Shown: positions 29,521 to 44,001 of the stretch, in pieces
Position numbering within the stretch: the stretch's first letter is position 1
Layout of the letters: each line of letters opens with the position of its first letter
DNA from: the human T2T-CHM13v2.0 reference genome, Homo sapiens
Direction: 5' to 3' (one strand)
Length of the DNA: 64,000 bases
NCBI RefSeq assembly: GCF_009914755.1
Contig: NC_060932.1
Made by a program: the position numbers and the translations under genes
Notes under the pieces: generated by a model
Told to the model about the DNA's origin: nothing
The model's database searches: none
Seen by the model: the letters and a program-made list of their open reading frames with translations, nothing else

Positions 29521-30195
29521 CATGGAAGTAAGTGAATGGCCCCTGAGTCTTCTGCCAGCTGCTCTCTTGGTTAGACAGCATGTGGTGCACATGTGGATTT
29601 AGGTAGATGCCTTAAAACTGATGACAGCCACATGGGAAGGATTGAAGAGGCATAACTGATTAATTTTGTTCAATTCAATGTAGCAAACATTTACCAAGTC
29701 CCTATTATGAATAAGATCCTGTGTTGGAGTTGATATTCGCACTTCTGCTTCTCTAAAACAGGCTTATAATAGGTGGTTTCCATACAGACGAAACTAAAGC
29801 AGAAAGACTTCCTCTGTCAGCTAAGACCATTTCTTCTGATTTCTGCTGAAATAAAATGTCAGTTGACGAGCCTTTTTGAAACCCCTACTATAAGCAAGGC
29901 ACTGTGCTGCTTATGATCTCAACTGAAACACTTCACAAGGACGTCACTCTTTCAGCTTTAAATAATGGCAATCTAATACTCAGGAAAAAGAATTTGTACA
30001 GTAATACAGCATAAGATTATAGACTTTTGCAGACTACATTAACCTGAGTGCTTCTAAAGGTACAAATGTCAAAGCTATTAGAATTCTGTTAATTCTGATA
30101 ATGTACCCACACCATTCATTGATGTGAACTTTTGATGGAGATGAGAATAAAAGTGCCATTACAAATTAGTCAGAAACATATATTTTTCTCATTAT

Positions 30196-30492
30196 TATTA
30201 TTATTATTGTGGACGGAGTCTTGCCGTGTTGCCCAGGCTGGACTGCAGTGGCACGATCTCAGCTCACTGCAACCTCTTGCCTCCCGGTTTCAAGCGATTC
30301 TCTCACCTCGGCCTCCTGAGTGGCTAAGATTACAGGTGTGTGCTGCCACACCCAGCTAATTTTTGTATATTTAGTAGAGACAGGGTTTCGCCATGTTGGC
30401 CTGGCTCCTCTCAAACTCCTGACCTCAGGTGATCAGCCCGCCTCAGCCTCCCAGAGTGCTGGGATTACAGGTGTGAGCCACCATGCCCGGCC
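30196..30492 (-). mobile_element. AluS
   Basis: Antisense Alu; TSD tttttctcattatta. Confidence 0.93.
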
Positions 30493-30689
30493 TTTTTCTC
30501 ATTATTAGCTGAACATTTAGGACTCATTTTTGTGCAAATACTCATATAGTTTATTTCTGGTGTATTTACCTATACAATTCATAAGAGCAAATTTTAAATG
30601 CACACATATATTAGGGCCTCATTACCCAAAAGGCCTGGGATAAAAATAGTGGAAGATACAGAGTGGTATCTGGCACAGTTAATATTAGT

Positions 30690-30930
30690 TAACAGTGAGG
30701 ACTTACTGTGTCCCTGACACTCTTCTGAAGGCTTGAAGGGATTAATTAAATTAGATGGATTGATTCATTTGATAATTACCACATGCCCATGAGTACCATA
30801 GTGGGTACTCTTACTATTCCCATTTAACCATACTAAAAAACAGGCACAAAGAGGTTAAGCGTCTTGTCCAAGGTTAGTAGTGGTACCAGAATTCTGCACA
30901 AGAATCCATGCTTTTAATCACTGCATTATG
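30690..30930 (-). mobile_element. MIR
   Basis: tattcccattt...aggcacaaagaggttaagcgtcttgtccaagg. Confidence 0.7.
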
Positions 30931-31818
30931 AATGAACATGCTCCAAGGAAGCATGCATTCCACCTGGGCAGATAAGAAAGAAACAATCTAAATATCAGAG
31001 TTGAGAGCAGAGCTCTCTAAAATTAATATGTATATTTTTTCCAAAATACACAATAATGACTATAAGGGATCAAGGGAGCCAAAGATAAGTTCTCCCTGGG
31101 ATAGTATTGAGCAGGAACTTGAAGGAGGGGTGGGTTCTGTTTAGGTAGATGGGAATAGAAAAGTGTTCATATGGTTTAACATCAGAAAAAGGGCAGAATT
31201 AGGAAAATTCTATTTGGGTGTCAGGGAATAATACAAGAGCAAACTTTTAGGAAGTGCTTACTAAGTAATAGGTGAAGAGCCTTCCAGATATTATAAAATT
31301 AAATCTCCTAAACACGATAAGAGATAACTATAACTACCATGCTACAATGTGGATAAAGTAACATGTCTGGCTCTGACTTCAGAACTCACATCCTTAATCT
31401 ACATTATAAAGTTTGTCCAGGAGGTTGAGTGGACATAAGATAGGAAAGTTAGGCTAAGGCAGACACGGAGGAACTTGATTACTAAGCTAATATATTTACA
31501 CCTTATTCTGTTTAAAGGAGCCACCACTGGGAGGATCAGAGCAGGTGAAGGATGTAAGTAAAGTGGGTTTGCTCCTGCAGGAATATACAGACTGTTGATC
31601 TCAACCTTGGCTGTGTGCTAGAATCACTGAGAAGATTCTGATAAAATACCCATGTCTGCCCCTGCTCCTGGTCAGCTAAATAAGACACTCTGGGTTGCTC
31701 ATTTCCCTCATTTACTTAAAACTTTCCATTGCCAAGATATAGTCAAAATATTACCTTGGCATACAAGGTTGTCCAAGGTCTGATCCTTGTTCACCTCTTG
31801 TGTCTCACATCACCCATC

Positions 31819-32162
<344 letters not shown>

Positions 32163-33994
32163 TTAAGTCTCTCCTCTGATTTCACCAAACTCTGCTCATT
32201 CAAAATAATTTGGGCCTATGCAAGCTCTCTCTTGCCCGATGACTTTGTTTTCTTGTTCTTTTTTTCAATTGTTTGGTTGAAAACCCAAGGACTTAATAAA
32301 AGCTTTTCTTTCTTTTCAGAATGCTTTTGTTTCATATCTTCTCAAGGCTGGCTGTCTCTCTTTTTGTCAGCCTAAAGGTCACCTCCTCACCTATGTACTT
32401 CTTGATCATTCTACCTGAATAAGTTGCATAATACCTGCACTCTTGCCCCTCAGCCCGCTACCATCAGAGCACTTCATGTTTTGTCAGTGTGTGTTTGTGT
32501 AGCTGGACTCTAGACTCCACAAGGCCAACGGACTTGTTTTGCTCACCCCATGCATACTCAGAGCCCAGCAGTAATATCTGTGGCATAAGTTAATGAGAAG
32601 GCATATCTTGAATAACTTAGTTAATGTCACCCAACTCATGAGGGCAAAGCCTGGAGACGAACACAAGCTCGAAACCATCATGGTGCTCTGCTGGAATATG
32701 GTGGTTTGCTCATTCATTCTTGCTTTTGTTCATTCATTCAGAGAACATGTTTTGGATTGATAATATATGCTAAGCCAGGTGCTAGGGACACAGATAAAAT
32801 GGTCATTGATCCTGAGAACATAATCTGGACAACTTTAAGTGAATACAGTCACAGAGGGAGCAGGGCACTGCCAACTGATTTCAGTGCTCAGCTTGGTTTC
32901 CTCTAAGCTTCTGTACTGAGGCTATTACAGGGTAGAGAAATTCTCAGTCTAGTGGCCCATGGTGAATTTTCAGACAAATCTGAAGGTTTTGGATTGAAAT
33001 AGTAAAAAGTTTGAGAACAAAAGTTTCATCAATTAATTAACACGTCAAAGGGCACAGATCAGAAGAGATACTAACTTGAACCACAACTTACATGAATAAC
33101 AGCTGAAAACAAAACAAATAACAAATTTCGCAGAACACTTCACCACAGCATAATGAACAGAATTTTCCAAAACCTAGACCCATATGAGATTTTCTATCTC
33201 ATGCGTTCTCTGTCTCTCTGCTCTCTCAATTCTCTAAAAGAAGAGATCTCTGTGGTTTTCTCTTTATTTCTAGCTCTGTGTGCTTCTCATTTCTCTGGAA
33301 AATCTAAAATGTCCTCAGAGAGGACTTTCTGGCCCTCTTCAATCTTCCCAAGGCTGATTCTTGAAATGCTGCCTTAGGATGTCTTTCCTTTGGTTTAAAG
33401 TTTTGCTCCTATTAATATTTTAAATTTCTTTGTAGTCTCAGTGGATATATCTTGGTGGTTATATGTTATCCAAAATTTTTTTCTGGGGTGTAGGTTCTTG
33501 GAGGAAGTCTCACCAGAGGCCTGAGGCTAGCCTTGGTGAATCTATGGACTATGCTGTATATGGAAGCAACAGCCTGAATAGCAGGAAATAATCTGAGACG
33601 TAGCTTTAGGCTCGATGTACAATGCAATCACCACTTCTTTCTTTTCCTTTAGCAACATATTGGCTTGACCAATAGGCAACAGGTAACAGGTAACAATGCT
33701 TCATCCTTGTCATCAGTTTTTACTGTTTTTTGGGGGTGTGTGTTATTATTGTGGCTTCTTCAGAATAGTCAAGTAATTTTCCTTAAAAGAGAAAAAATAG
33801 GCAACATGAAATTAAGTTGATTAAAAGAATGTGAATGGGAAAATAGATCAGCATAGTGTTAAGGATATTAGCTTTGGTGACATTTGAATTCTCACTTCCA
33901 TTTACAGACTCCATAGTAATCTTGGTAATCTCCTCTCTCCACCCTAGTTCCCTCTTCTGCAAATAAAGAGTGTAATAGTACCACTTTATAGACC

Positions 33995-34182
33995 CCTAGA
34001 GATGCTTCTTAGCTGGTCTACTCTTCTGGTAAGGGCATGAGTCTCATCAGGGGCGCTCGACCCTCATGACCTCATGACCCTCATGGCCTCATTACTTCCC
34101 ACAGGCACTACTTCCAAATACCATCTTATTGGGGGTTTGGGCTTCAACCTATGAATTTTGGGAGGACAGAAATATTCAGCCC
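33995..34182 (-). mobile_element. MLT1/MST-type LTR fragment
   Basis: ccaaataccatc...gggcttcaacctatgaattttgggaggacagaaatattcag. Confidence 0.65.
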
Positions 34183-34708
34183 AGAGCCATGGGATAAAAA
34201 GAGTTGGTGCTAAAATAAGAAGGATTGGGTGGAAGATGTTTAAGAGGGCAAATTTCTAGTCCCTCTCCTTAATGCTACACTCCTGTATATTGGTACAAAA
34301 CAGGTTTATTGTTTGGAGATGGAAAAACGTGGAGTTTTGAGCCTGAGAGTGAACCCATGCAGTGAAGAGAACAGGCGTGCTACTGACAATAGAGGATTAA
34401 GAGGCCATATGCATAAGGAGTGCTGATTTTGAAGTCCTCAAGCCAACTCGTTCAATCAGAACTCTGGCAGCCAGACTTTGTCCTTGAGGCAAGGGACAGG
34501 AAGTGCACACTTTGAGGAAGCTGCCAGCCCAAGAGGAAGGAATAAAGACACTGACCCTGGGGCTTCTTAACAAAGGGCTACAGTGAAGGTCACCCTAAAA
34601 AGCAGGGGCTTATGTTCAGCTTCCAATTCCTTTTTCAATCTCCCACTCTGCGTTTACTCTCCTTTCTTTTTATATCTCAGATTTTTACTTTGAAAAATTA
34701 AAATCTCA

Positions 34709-35020
<312 letters not shown>

Positions 35021-35159
35021 ACAGAAAAGTTGAAATATTAGTACAAAGGATACCCATATAGTCTTTACATAAATTCATCAACTGTTAACATTTTGTATAC
35101 CTTCTCTTGCTCTTCTCTACACAGACTTTTTTTTTTTGGAACCACATGATACTTTCTCA

Positions 35160-37230
35160 TACTCAGACCACCAAAGAATAGCAGAAATCTAAGTAAAGTT
35201 CCTAATGTGGAGATGGAATTCCAAACAAACAGACGAAGTCTTTTGGAAAATATAGAGTCTATGCAGAGAGAAAAAAGCTTAAAAAAACACAATTGTTAAT
35301 ATCTTCAGAGAGGTTGTGCCTATGAAACAAGGATAGGATAGTATTATAAAAACCTTTAAAAAACACAAAATGGATTTATTGGAAATCAAAATGTAATAGC
35401 AGAAATTAGAAACTAAAATATAAGGCCAGGCACAGTGGCTCATGCCTATAATCCCAGCACTTTGGGAGGCCAATATGGGTGAATTTCTTAAGGCCAGGAA
35501 ATCAAGAAATTAAAATAAAATTTAAAAGTAAAGTGACAACATCCATAAGGTAGAACAAAAAAACAGAGAGAAACAGTAAAGAAAAAGTAATAACATTACA
35601 TTATCACTCTCAGAGGTCTATTATCTGAAAAAGGAAATCCAGACAAAAAGAAAAGAAAAATAGAAGGGAGGATTTCATTAATAAGATGCTTGAGGAGATT
35701 TTTCTAGAAACAAAGCATGTGAATTGCTAGATTGAAAGAATCTATAGAGTACCTAGTCAATGGATGAAACTGGACCCACATCAAAGCATACCATCATGAA
35801 ATTTCAAAACATAGGAGACAAAAAGATTTTATAACCTTGCAGGAGGAGTAGGTTGTTGCGGAGACTGTTCACTCAGAGAGGACCAAAAGTCAGAATGGCT
35901 TCTTAATTATAGCAACAATGCAGGAAGCAAGAAGGAAGGGAGCAACACCTTTACCATTGTGAAGGAATATTATTTCTAAGCTAGAATTCTGCGCCCATTA
36001 AACTTGTAATGAAACGTGAGGGTAAAACATAAGACCTGAAAAATGTGTCTCCCTTCACCACGCACCTATCTTAGGATACCACTGGGGAATATCCTTATTC
36101 AACATGAGGGAATGACATAGAACTAGGAAGACATGTACAATTGAAAACAGGATATCCAGCACATGAGAGAAATAGAGAGAACCTGTGGAATCAGAATTGC
36201 GCCCAGGTAGAGAGGTCAGTGGCAACAGGCTGAATATTTTTGGTCCCCACCCCCCAAAGAACCATATGTTGCAGACTAAATCCCCAATTTGATGGTAATG
36301 GAGGTGGGACCTTTGGGAGCTGATTAGGTTCTGAGGGTGGAGCCCTCATGAATGGGATTAGTATTCTTCTAAGAGGAGATGCAAGAGAGATTCTCTCTCT
36401 CTCTCTCTCTACCACGTGAGGACGCATGAAGACAGCCGTTTGCAAACCAATATGTAGGCCCTCACCAGACACTAGAGCTGTTAGTGTCTTCACCTTAGAT
36501 TTCCCAGCCTTTAGAACTGTGAAAAGTGCATTTGTGTTGTTTAAGCCACCCAGTCTATGGTATTCTGTTACAGCAGCCTGAACTGACTAGGACAGCAGCC
36601 ATTCAAATTGAAGCAGCCTGGCGCAAGAGACAGATAGCTAAGAGCTGTCATCACCATGCCTGCTACTGTTGAACCAGCTTTTTAACCAGATCAAACTCCT
36701 GGAGGATGTACTCAACCAGAGCAAGGGGATGTACTAGGAAAGAGGGAGCCATCGTATCCAGGAAATCAGAATCCAGTCTTGGAAAAAGGCAAAGGAACTT
36801 CTAGGTACAGTAGAAAAGCAAAGGCCAGGATGACAACCAAGCAGCAGCTCTAAGGGGGAAAACTGTCCAAAGAAGGAAAAATGTCTAAAAAAATTTACCT
36901 GATGTAAATTATGGAACCCTGTACTGAGATGCTGTTGGAAGTAGTAGGAAGAACTAGCAAAAAGCAAAGAGAAAAGTAAGAAACTGAAAAAGCAAGGTAG
37001 TTTATTAACTTCAGGAAAAACTAAATGTAGAAAGAAAATAATCACTGATGCTTCCATATGAATAATATTTGCATATCATATGAATGAAAATGCTGAATAT
37101 GGATTTAACCAAAATTGTAATCTAATCACATTGGGATGATAGAAGAGGAGAAAGGGAGATGGCAGCATAAGAGAGCCTATCCTTTCTGCCATAATAGGAA
37201 ATATATAAATGATGTTTAAAATTGATTAAT
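35160..37230 (+). mobile_element. Old L1M/HAL1-like ORF1-region fragments carrying an Alu left-arm piece (35424-35510) and an MLT1A LTR
   Basis: A-rich ORF1-like motifs (catcatgaaatttcaaaac; ctagaattctgcgccca). Confidence 0.55.
36221..36594 (+). mobile_element. MLT1A-type MaLR solo LTR
   Basis: gagggtggagccctcatgaatgggattag...tttaagccacccagtctatggtattctgttacagcagcctgaactgactaggaca. Confidence 0.88.
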
Positions 37231-37232
37231 AG

Positions 37233-37505
37233 GGCTGGGCATGATGGCTCACACCTGTAATCTCAGCACTTTGGGAGGCCAAGGCGGGTGGATCACCTGA
37301 GGTCAGGAGTTCGAGACCAGCCTGGCCAACATGATGAAACCCCGTCTCTACTAAAAATACAAAAATTAGCCAAGCATCGTGGCGGGCACCTGTAATCCGA
37401 GCTACTCAGGAGGCTGAGTCAGGAGAATGGCTGGAACCTGGGCAGTGGAGGTTGCAGTAAGCCAAGATCGCGCCACTGCACTCCAGCCTGGATGACAGAG
37501 TGAGA

Positions 37506-37508
<3 letters not shown>
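37233..37508 (+). mobile_element. AluSx-like, tail replaced by microsatellite
   Basis: Full Alu body; TSD a(t/c)tgattaatag at 37221 and 37757. Confidence 0.93.
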
Positions 37509-37546
<38 letters not shown>

Positions 37547-37756
37547 ATATATTATATATTATATATTATATATATTATATTATATATTATATATTATATA
37601 ATATATTATATATTATATATAATATATAATACATTATATATTATATATATTATATAATGTATTATATATTATATATAATATATTATATATTATATATTAT
37701 ATATATAATATATATTATATATTACATATTATATATTATAATATATATATTATATA
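37506..37756. repeat. (CT)n followed by ~230-bp AT-only low-complexity array
   Basis: Direct reading. Confidence 0.95.
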
Positions 37757-38185
37757 ACTGATTAATAGACACATGGCAGTACATGCGTGTTACTTAGAAG
37801 TATGGAAATTTTGAAAGTCTCAAAAAAAACTGCTAAGAGAGAAAAAAATACTTCTGGAAAGCAAGACAGTATTATTTCTATTTTACAAGTTTTCAGTATT
37901 ATATAACTTTAAAAATTATATGTATGAATTATTTTAATAAAATAATTAAAAAATTGAAATAGTCCATATCAGTTCTCCCAGCACATCTGGAATCCAAAAG
38001 CCTCTTGATAGAAGTTCTTTTTCTTATTATGATATTGTTATTATTGGAAACAGTCTTGGCTTTTTGTCAGATGATATTTAATCTAGTAATATCTGACACT
38101 GACTCTTTTTGGGGACTTAAATGGGGCATTTAATTCGTTGGATCTCAGTTTCTTCATTTGTAAAGTGAAGGGAGTTTGGCACATA

Positions 38186-38524
38186 CAGTCATGCATTGCT
38201 CAACGACAGGGATACAGTCTGAGAAATGCATCGTTTGACAACTTTGCTATTGTGTGAACATCTTAGGATGTACTTACACAAACCTAGATGGGCTAGCCTA
38301 CTGCACACCTAGGCTACGTGGTATAACCTATTGCTCTTAGGCTACAAACCCGTACAGCACGTTACTGTACTGAATACTGCAGGCAACTGTAACACAAAGG
38401 TAAGTATTTGTGTATCTAAATATAGAAAAGATACAGTAAAAACGTGACATTATAATTCTTATGGAACCACCGCCGTATATGCAGTTCTCTGTTTACCGAA
38501 ATGTTGTCATGCCACTCATGACTG
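38186..38524. mobile_element. Tigger3a (MER7A)-like TcMar DNA transposon
   Basis: Inverted termini cagtcatg...catgactg, preceded by TA; internal cctaggctacgtggtataacctattgctcttaggctacaaacc. Confidence 0.88.
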
Positions 38525-39318
38525 AATGTATAATCTCTTAGACCTGATCCAGCATTATTGTGCTATGAATAGAATCTTTTATGCAGAATGCATACGCTGA
38601 TAGGACGCTGTCACACATGAAAAACTTGGCTGCTGTTAGGGTCATGACTTTGATCTGGGCCATGGAGCTGAAAAGATGAGGAATGCTTCATCATTGGTTC
38701 AAGAACATGAAAGGCAATTGTGAGAAAGGGAGGGCTCCAGCACCCTAAAGGAAAGAAGAAGACAATATGATTTTCACCTCTGAATAAGTCTTAACCTTGC
38801 AGAGCTAATGTGTTAAATAGGGTGATGGACTTGAAGGCAATTGCAAAGCAAAAACCCTGCAGGAGCGTGGGAGGTATCACTACATTGTTCGGAAAGAAGT
38901 CAGCACACTATAGTGGAAAAAGCTCTGGCCTGGGAGTCAAACCATTTGAATTCTAGTGTTCACTTTGCTGTTAATACTCTGGGTAAGTTTGGACAAGCTC
39001 TCTCATGGCTTTTGTCCCAGCTTCAGGATTGGTGGAATAAAGGTTGATTTGGTTGAGTTTCTTCCGTTAATAGGGAAATAAATCAAATCTGGAGCTAATG
39101 GGGTTGTTCATGGACTGAGACAAAAGATTCAGGAAGAACAGGAGCCAGATGTCCTGGAGCTCTGAGCAGGGCTGGTATTCAAAAGATTGAGCAACCAGGG
39201 TGGTACAGGGACAATCCAATCCGAATGAATGCTGGAAGCTACATTTGAGTGCAAACTAGAGGCCTGCAGCAAATCTCCAGGCTACCTCTTCAATTGTGGG
39301 ATCAAAAGGGAGACCTGA

Positions 39319-39789
<471 letters not shown>

Positions 39790-40782
39790 TAGGAGATAGT
39801 GTTCCCTCAGACATCATTGTTAGGATAAACTGAGATAAAAGTTCAGGAAACATTTTTTTCTGCCCTTGTGTCCCACCACTTAGTACTCAGATTTGAGGGA
39901 CAGAGTATCTCTTTGGCTTAGTTTAGAGTCTATGCCCACTAACTAGGGTAATAGTTAAAAAAAAAAAAAGGGCAAGCTGAATGACAACCCCCCTGCAACT
40001 GCATACAATGGATTGGAGGTAATTTCCTAAAGGAATTCAGACTTCTGCTATGGAGGGTGAGAAACGAAGTGCTTAACAGCTGGTACAGCAAAGACATCAG
40101 TCAGTTAGATGGGGGCATGGGCGCTTGACTATGAGGCAGAGTCTGGAAGACACTCTGCTGTGCTGGCCATCAACCCTCTGTTACCAGCTTTGCTATTGTA
40201 AGATCGGGGCAAATAGGGGTGTCCCAGAAGCAGGAATGGGGTAGTCAGCATGGATGGGGGATCATGGGAGAGGAGGTCCGGGACTTGGGCCATGGTTATT
40301 GCTCATAGATATGGCATATTATTATCAGCTGGAGCCTGCTTACTGGCTGAGTATGAGGGTAGAAAGGACACCAGACTGGGGGAAAAGAATCACAGCTGGG
40401 TGTTACAGGGAGGTTGGAGTAGAACTGCAAATAATTTGTTCAGCTGAAACTGGGGTTTGCTACAGCTTGTGTGGTGGTATTTTTTGGTTATCACAATGCC
40501 TAGGAGATGGGTGGGTGCTACTGGAATTTGGTTGATGGGGCCAGGAATGAGGTAGTCATGCTGTCCTGCCCAGAATGTCAGTAGTACCTCTGTTGAGAAA
40601 CATGGAAAGGAGAATCTTCCAGAAGGGGCAGCTGAAGAGAGTACAGTCCTGTGCAACGGGCAGAAGGGGGATAGTAGCAGTTTGGGTAACATAGCTGCCA
40701 TTTATTAATTGTTGGTTATGCATTGGGTCCATAAACACATCTATTATTTAATCCACATGACAATCCCCTAAGATATAATTAA

Positions 40783-41095
<313 letters not shown>

Positions 41096-41757
41096 TATCC
41101 CCTCTTTTTACACATGAGGAGTTAGGCTCAGGGAGGCAAAATAACCTCACCAATGTGAGACAAGAAAGGGGCAGAGGTGTGTGTGCAGTCCTTACAGAGA
41201 AATAGGATCACAGTCATGTCACAGATTTGGAATGAGACTCTGGGGAAGAGTTGTGTCCTGAAATCAATTACTGTAAGAAGCTGGAATTTTTGGTTATCTT
41301 TGAAAAGGCCCCAGATGTTCATATGCAGTTTTTTTTTCTAGATTGAAGGAGGGAAACTTCAGTGGGGTCTTCTGGTCTTGTTTCTGTGATTCAGTTCTCA
41401 TTACTCCACCAGACTCTGAGGACTGGCCTTAAGATCAGTGTTGAATAACCACTCTCGAAGCTGACACTTCACACACAACTGCAACTAAATGGAAAACTGA
41501 TTGAAACCAGCCATTCTGATTCAACATTAACTGAGGTTTATCTACATTTAAAGTGAAATGCAAGAAGTCAAAACTTAAGGAGAGGAAGGAAGGATGAGTT
41601 AGAATTCTTGAGAAGGAACCCATTTTATATGATTACTAAATCAATACAAATCATCACATAAGATTTTTATCAAATATTATGCTTATTTGTGGGTTTTTGC
41701 ACACATATTTCACATTTTAAAATCATCAGGGAACCTCCCATTCCCAATTTTCTGTAA

Positions 41758-42067
<310 letters not shown>

Positions 42068-42309
42068 TAAATGATTGGAACCACCCCCTTGGTAAAAATG
42101 AACACAAAAGTAAATTTTTAATTAGTGAAAAGGGGAATCAGAATATGAGGATGATAGACACTTGTATGGGGGCAGAGGGAAAGAGATCTAACTAAAGTGG
42201 TGATTGTCTTCAGGAATAAACACTGCATTTCAGGAATTCTAATCCCTACGTGTGGATCTAGGGTGAATGGGTGTCTTTCCAGATCCCGCCTCTCCCAAAC
42301 CCCGCGTAG

Positions 42310-42325
42310 ACACTAGATGGCGCTC
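42310..42325 (+). promoter_or_regulatory. Candidate CTCF site at upstream island edge
   Basis: ACACTAGATGGCGCTC, near-consensus CTCF core. Confidence 0.75.
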
Positions 42326-43058
42326 TCCCTTTGCAGTCCTTGGAGTCGGCGCGGGTCTCCTAAAAAGCTGCGCCGGCCGCCTGGCCTAAGAGAATTGCGT
42401 TCAGTGAAGCGCAGAAGCCGAAAGGCGCCTTGCTGCGGCCGCGCCCTGTGGCTGAACTTAGGCCAATTCCGAGCGAGACCGAGACGCAGGGCGGCGGTGG
42501 GGGCTGGAAGGGGCCTTTCATCCACTCCAGCCGCAGGACCCCTGCTGCAGCTCGGAGCACGCGCAGCAATGCAAATAACACATTCGAGGAGAGCAGAGGA
42601 GGTGGCTAGCCGCAGCTTGGACAGTTGGAATGTCGGAGGGACTACCCTGCAAATCACAGCCCTTCTATCGGGATTCTCAGCTGGGCATGATGGAGGCAAA
42701 TTTGGAAACCTAAGAGTACCACTTGCCTTCCTCTCTCATTGCTCCATCACCAGCCTTTGGTGGTGGTGAAATATTCTTTTCAGTTTTCCAAAGCAAGGAA
42801 GTATTTTCTCACAAAATAGGGTTTTGCTGAATTCTCAGTTTCCACCCACCTTCCGCCTAACATTTGTAAAGAATCGGGCATGCAGGATGGGGACTATGGG
42901 TCAAAAATAAGTAAAGGTGTTGACTCTTCTAGAGGGCCCACCCAGCAGGTGAGCGCGCGGGACAGAGTCTCCGGAGAGCCAGCGCCGGGCCCTGGTGGCC
43001 TCCTGTTCTTCACATCTCAAGGCAGAGCCTCTCAAAGAGTGGCCTGCAAGGATCTGAA

Positions 43059-43073
43059 CCACCAGGGGGTGTG
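43059..43073 (+). promoter_or_regulatory. Candidate CTCF site
   Basis: CCACCAGGGGGTGTG. Confidence 0.55.
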
Positions 43074-43764
43074 ATATTGCAGAGTCCCTGGCCTTACCTC
43101 AGGCTCCTTAAACCAGAATCTCTGCGGGTGGGGAATCAGCAGGTTATGAGGTACAACCACACGAAATTGCCTACATTCGTCTTTTTGTAACCTACAGAAA
43201 TGTCCATTTCGATACCTCCAGCTGATTCCCCTGCACCTTAAAGTTTGAGCATCGCTGCTTTGGCGTTTTAGAGCCCTTGGACTTGTTCACAAGAGGAAGA
43301 GGGAGAAGAGGAGGCTCGAAGGGGGCCTTTATAGTGGATACCTGTTTCACTCGGAGCTCAGGGTCTTTGACGCGGGAAGGCAAAGTCTGTCTTTTGGAAA
43401 TGGGGAAGTGGGCACACAGCACCTGAGAACAGGAGGGCTCGAGACCTCCCAAAGAGAGCAGGGGGCCTGGTTTGGGAGCTTGCAGTAGCTTCTGCCCCAG
43501 TGGAAGGGAAAGAGCCTGGCTCGCTCTCGGCGCGCCACATCCGGCTGCCGCGCGCACCTGGGGGGACCGCCAGGTTCGGGGTAGGCGAGCGCGTGAGCGG
43601 CACGGGGCTGGCTTCTCCACATCTCCGGTAGGGCGGGGATGGGGGAGAGGAGGAGGAGAGAAAGTGGGGGCGTTATGGGCTTAGGCCTGCCTCCCACCTC
43701 CCCACCTCCCGCCTCCGCGGCCACCCTCCGCTCTATAATTGGCTGCCGGCGGGCCTTCCTTTCC

Positions 43765-44001
43765 TCTTATCTGATCCTGGGCTCCCAGCTGGAGAGGCGG
43801 AGGCAGCTCCAGGGGGCTGGAAGTGGAAGCGCAGCGGCAGAAGGAGAGGGAGAGAGAAAGAGAGAGAGGCTAATTAAAAAAGGATACTCCGAGGGAAGAG
43901 AGCAAGGGCGGTGCGCCGCCAAGGACCAACTAGCGGCGGAGCTTCGATCTTGCCTAGGCGCGGAGAGCTCCCAACCTGGGCTGGAACCTTGCCCAGCACA
44001 G
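43765..44001 (+). other. COL14A1: Non-coding first exon (5' UTR), likely collagen XIV alpha 1; start approximate
   Basis: ATG-free, downstream of TATA-like/GC boxes, ends at donor CAG|GTCAGT; gaggctaattaaaaaaggatactccgaggg...ccttgcccagcacag matches my recollection of the COL14A1 mRNA leader; the coding start (MKIFQRK) is not seen in the window. Confidence 0.78.

Noticed and set aside
37506-37756. Array-like periodicity (CRISPR-like or satellite?)
   Set aside because: No constant repeat with unique spacers; simple AT microsatellite in a eukaryotic context.
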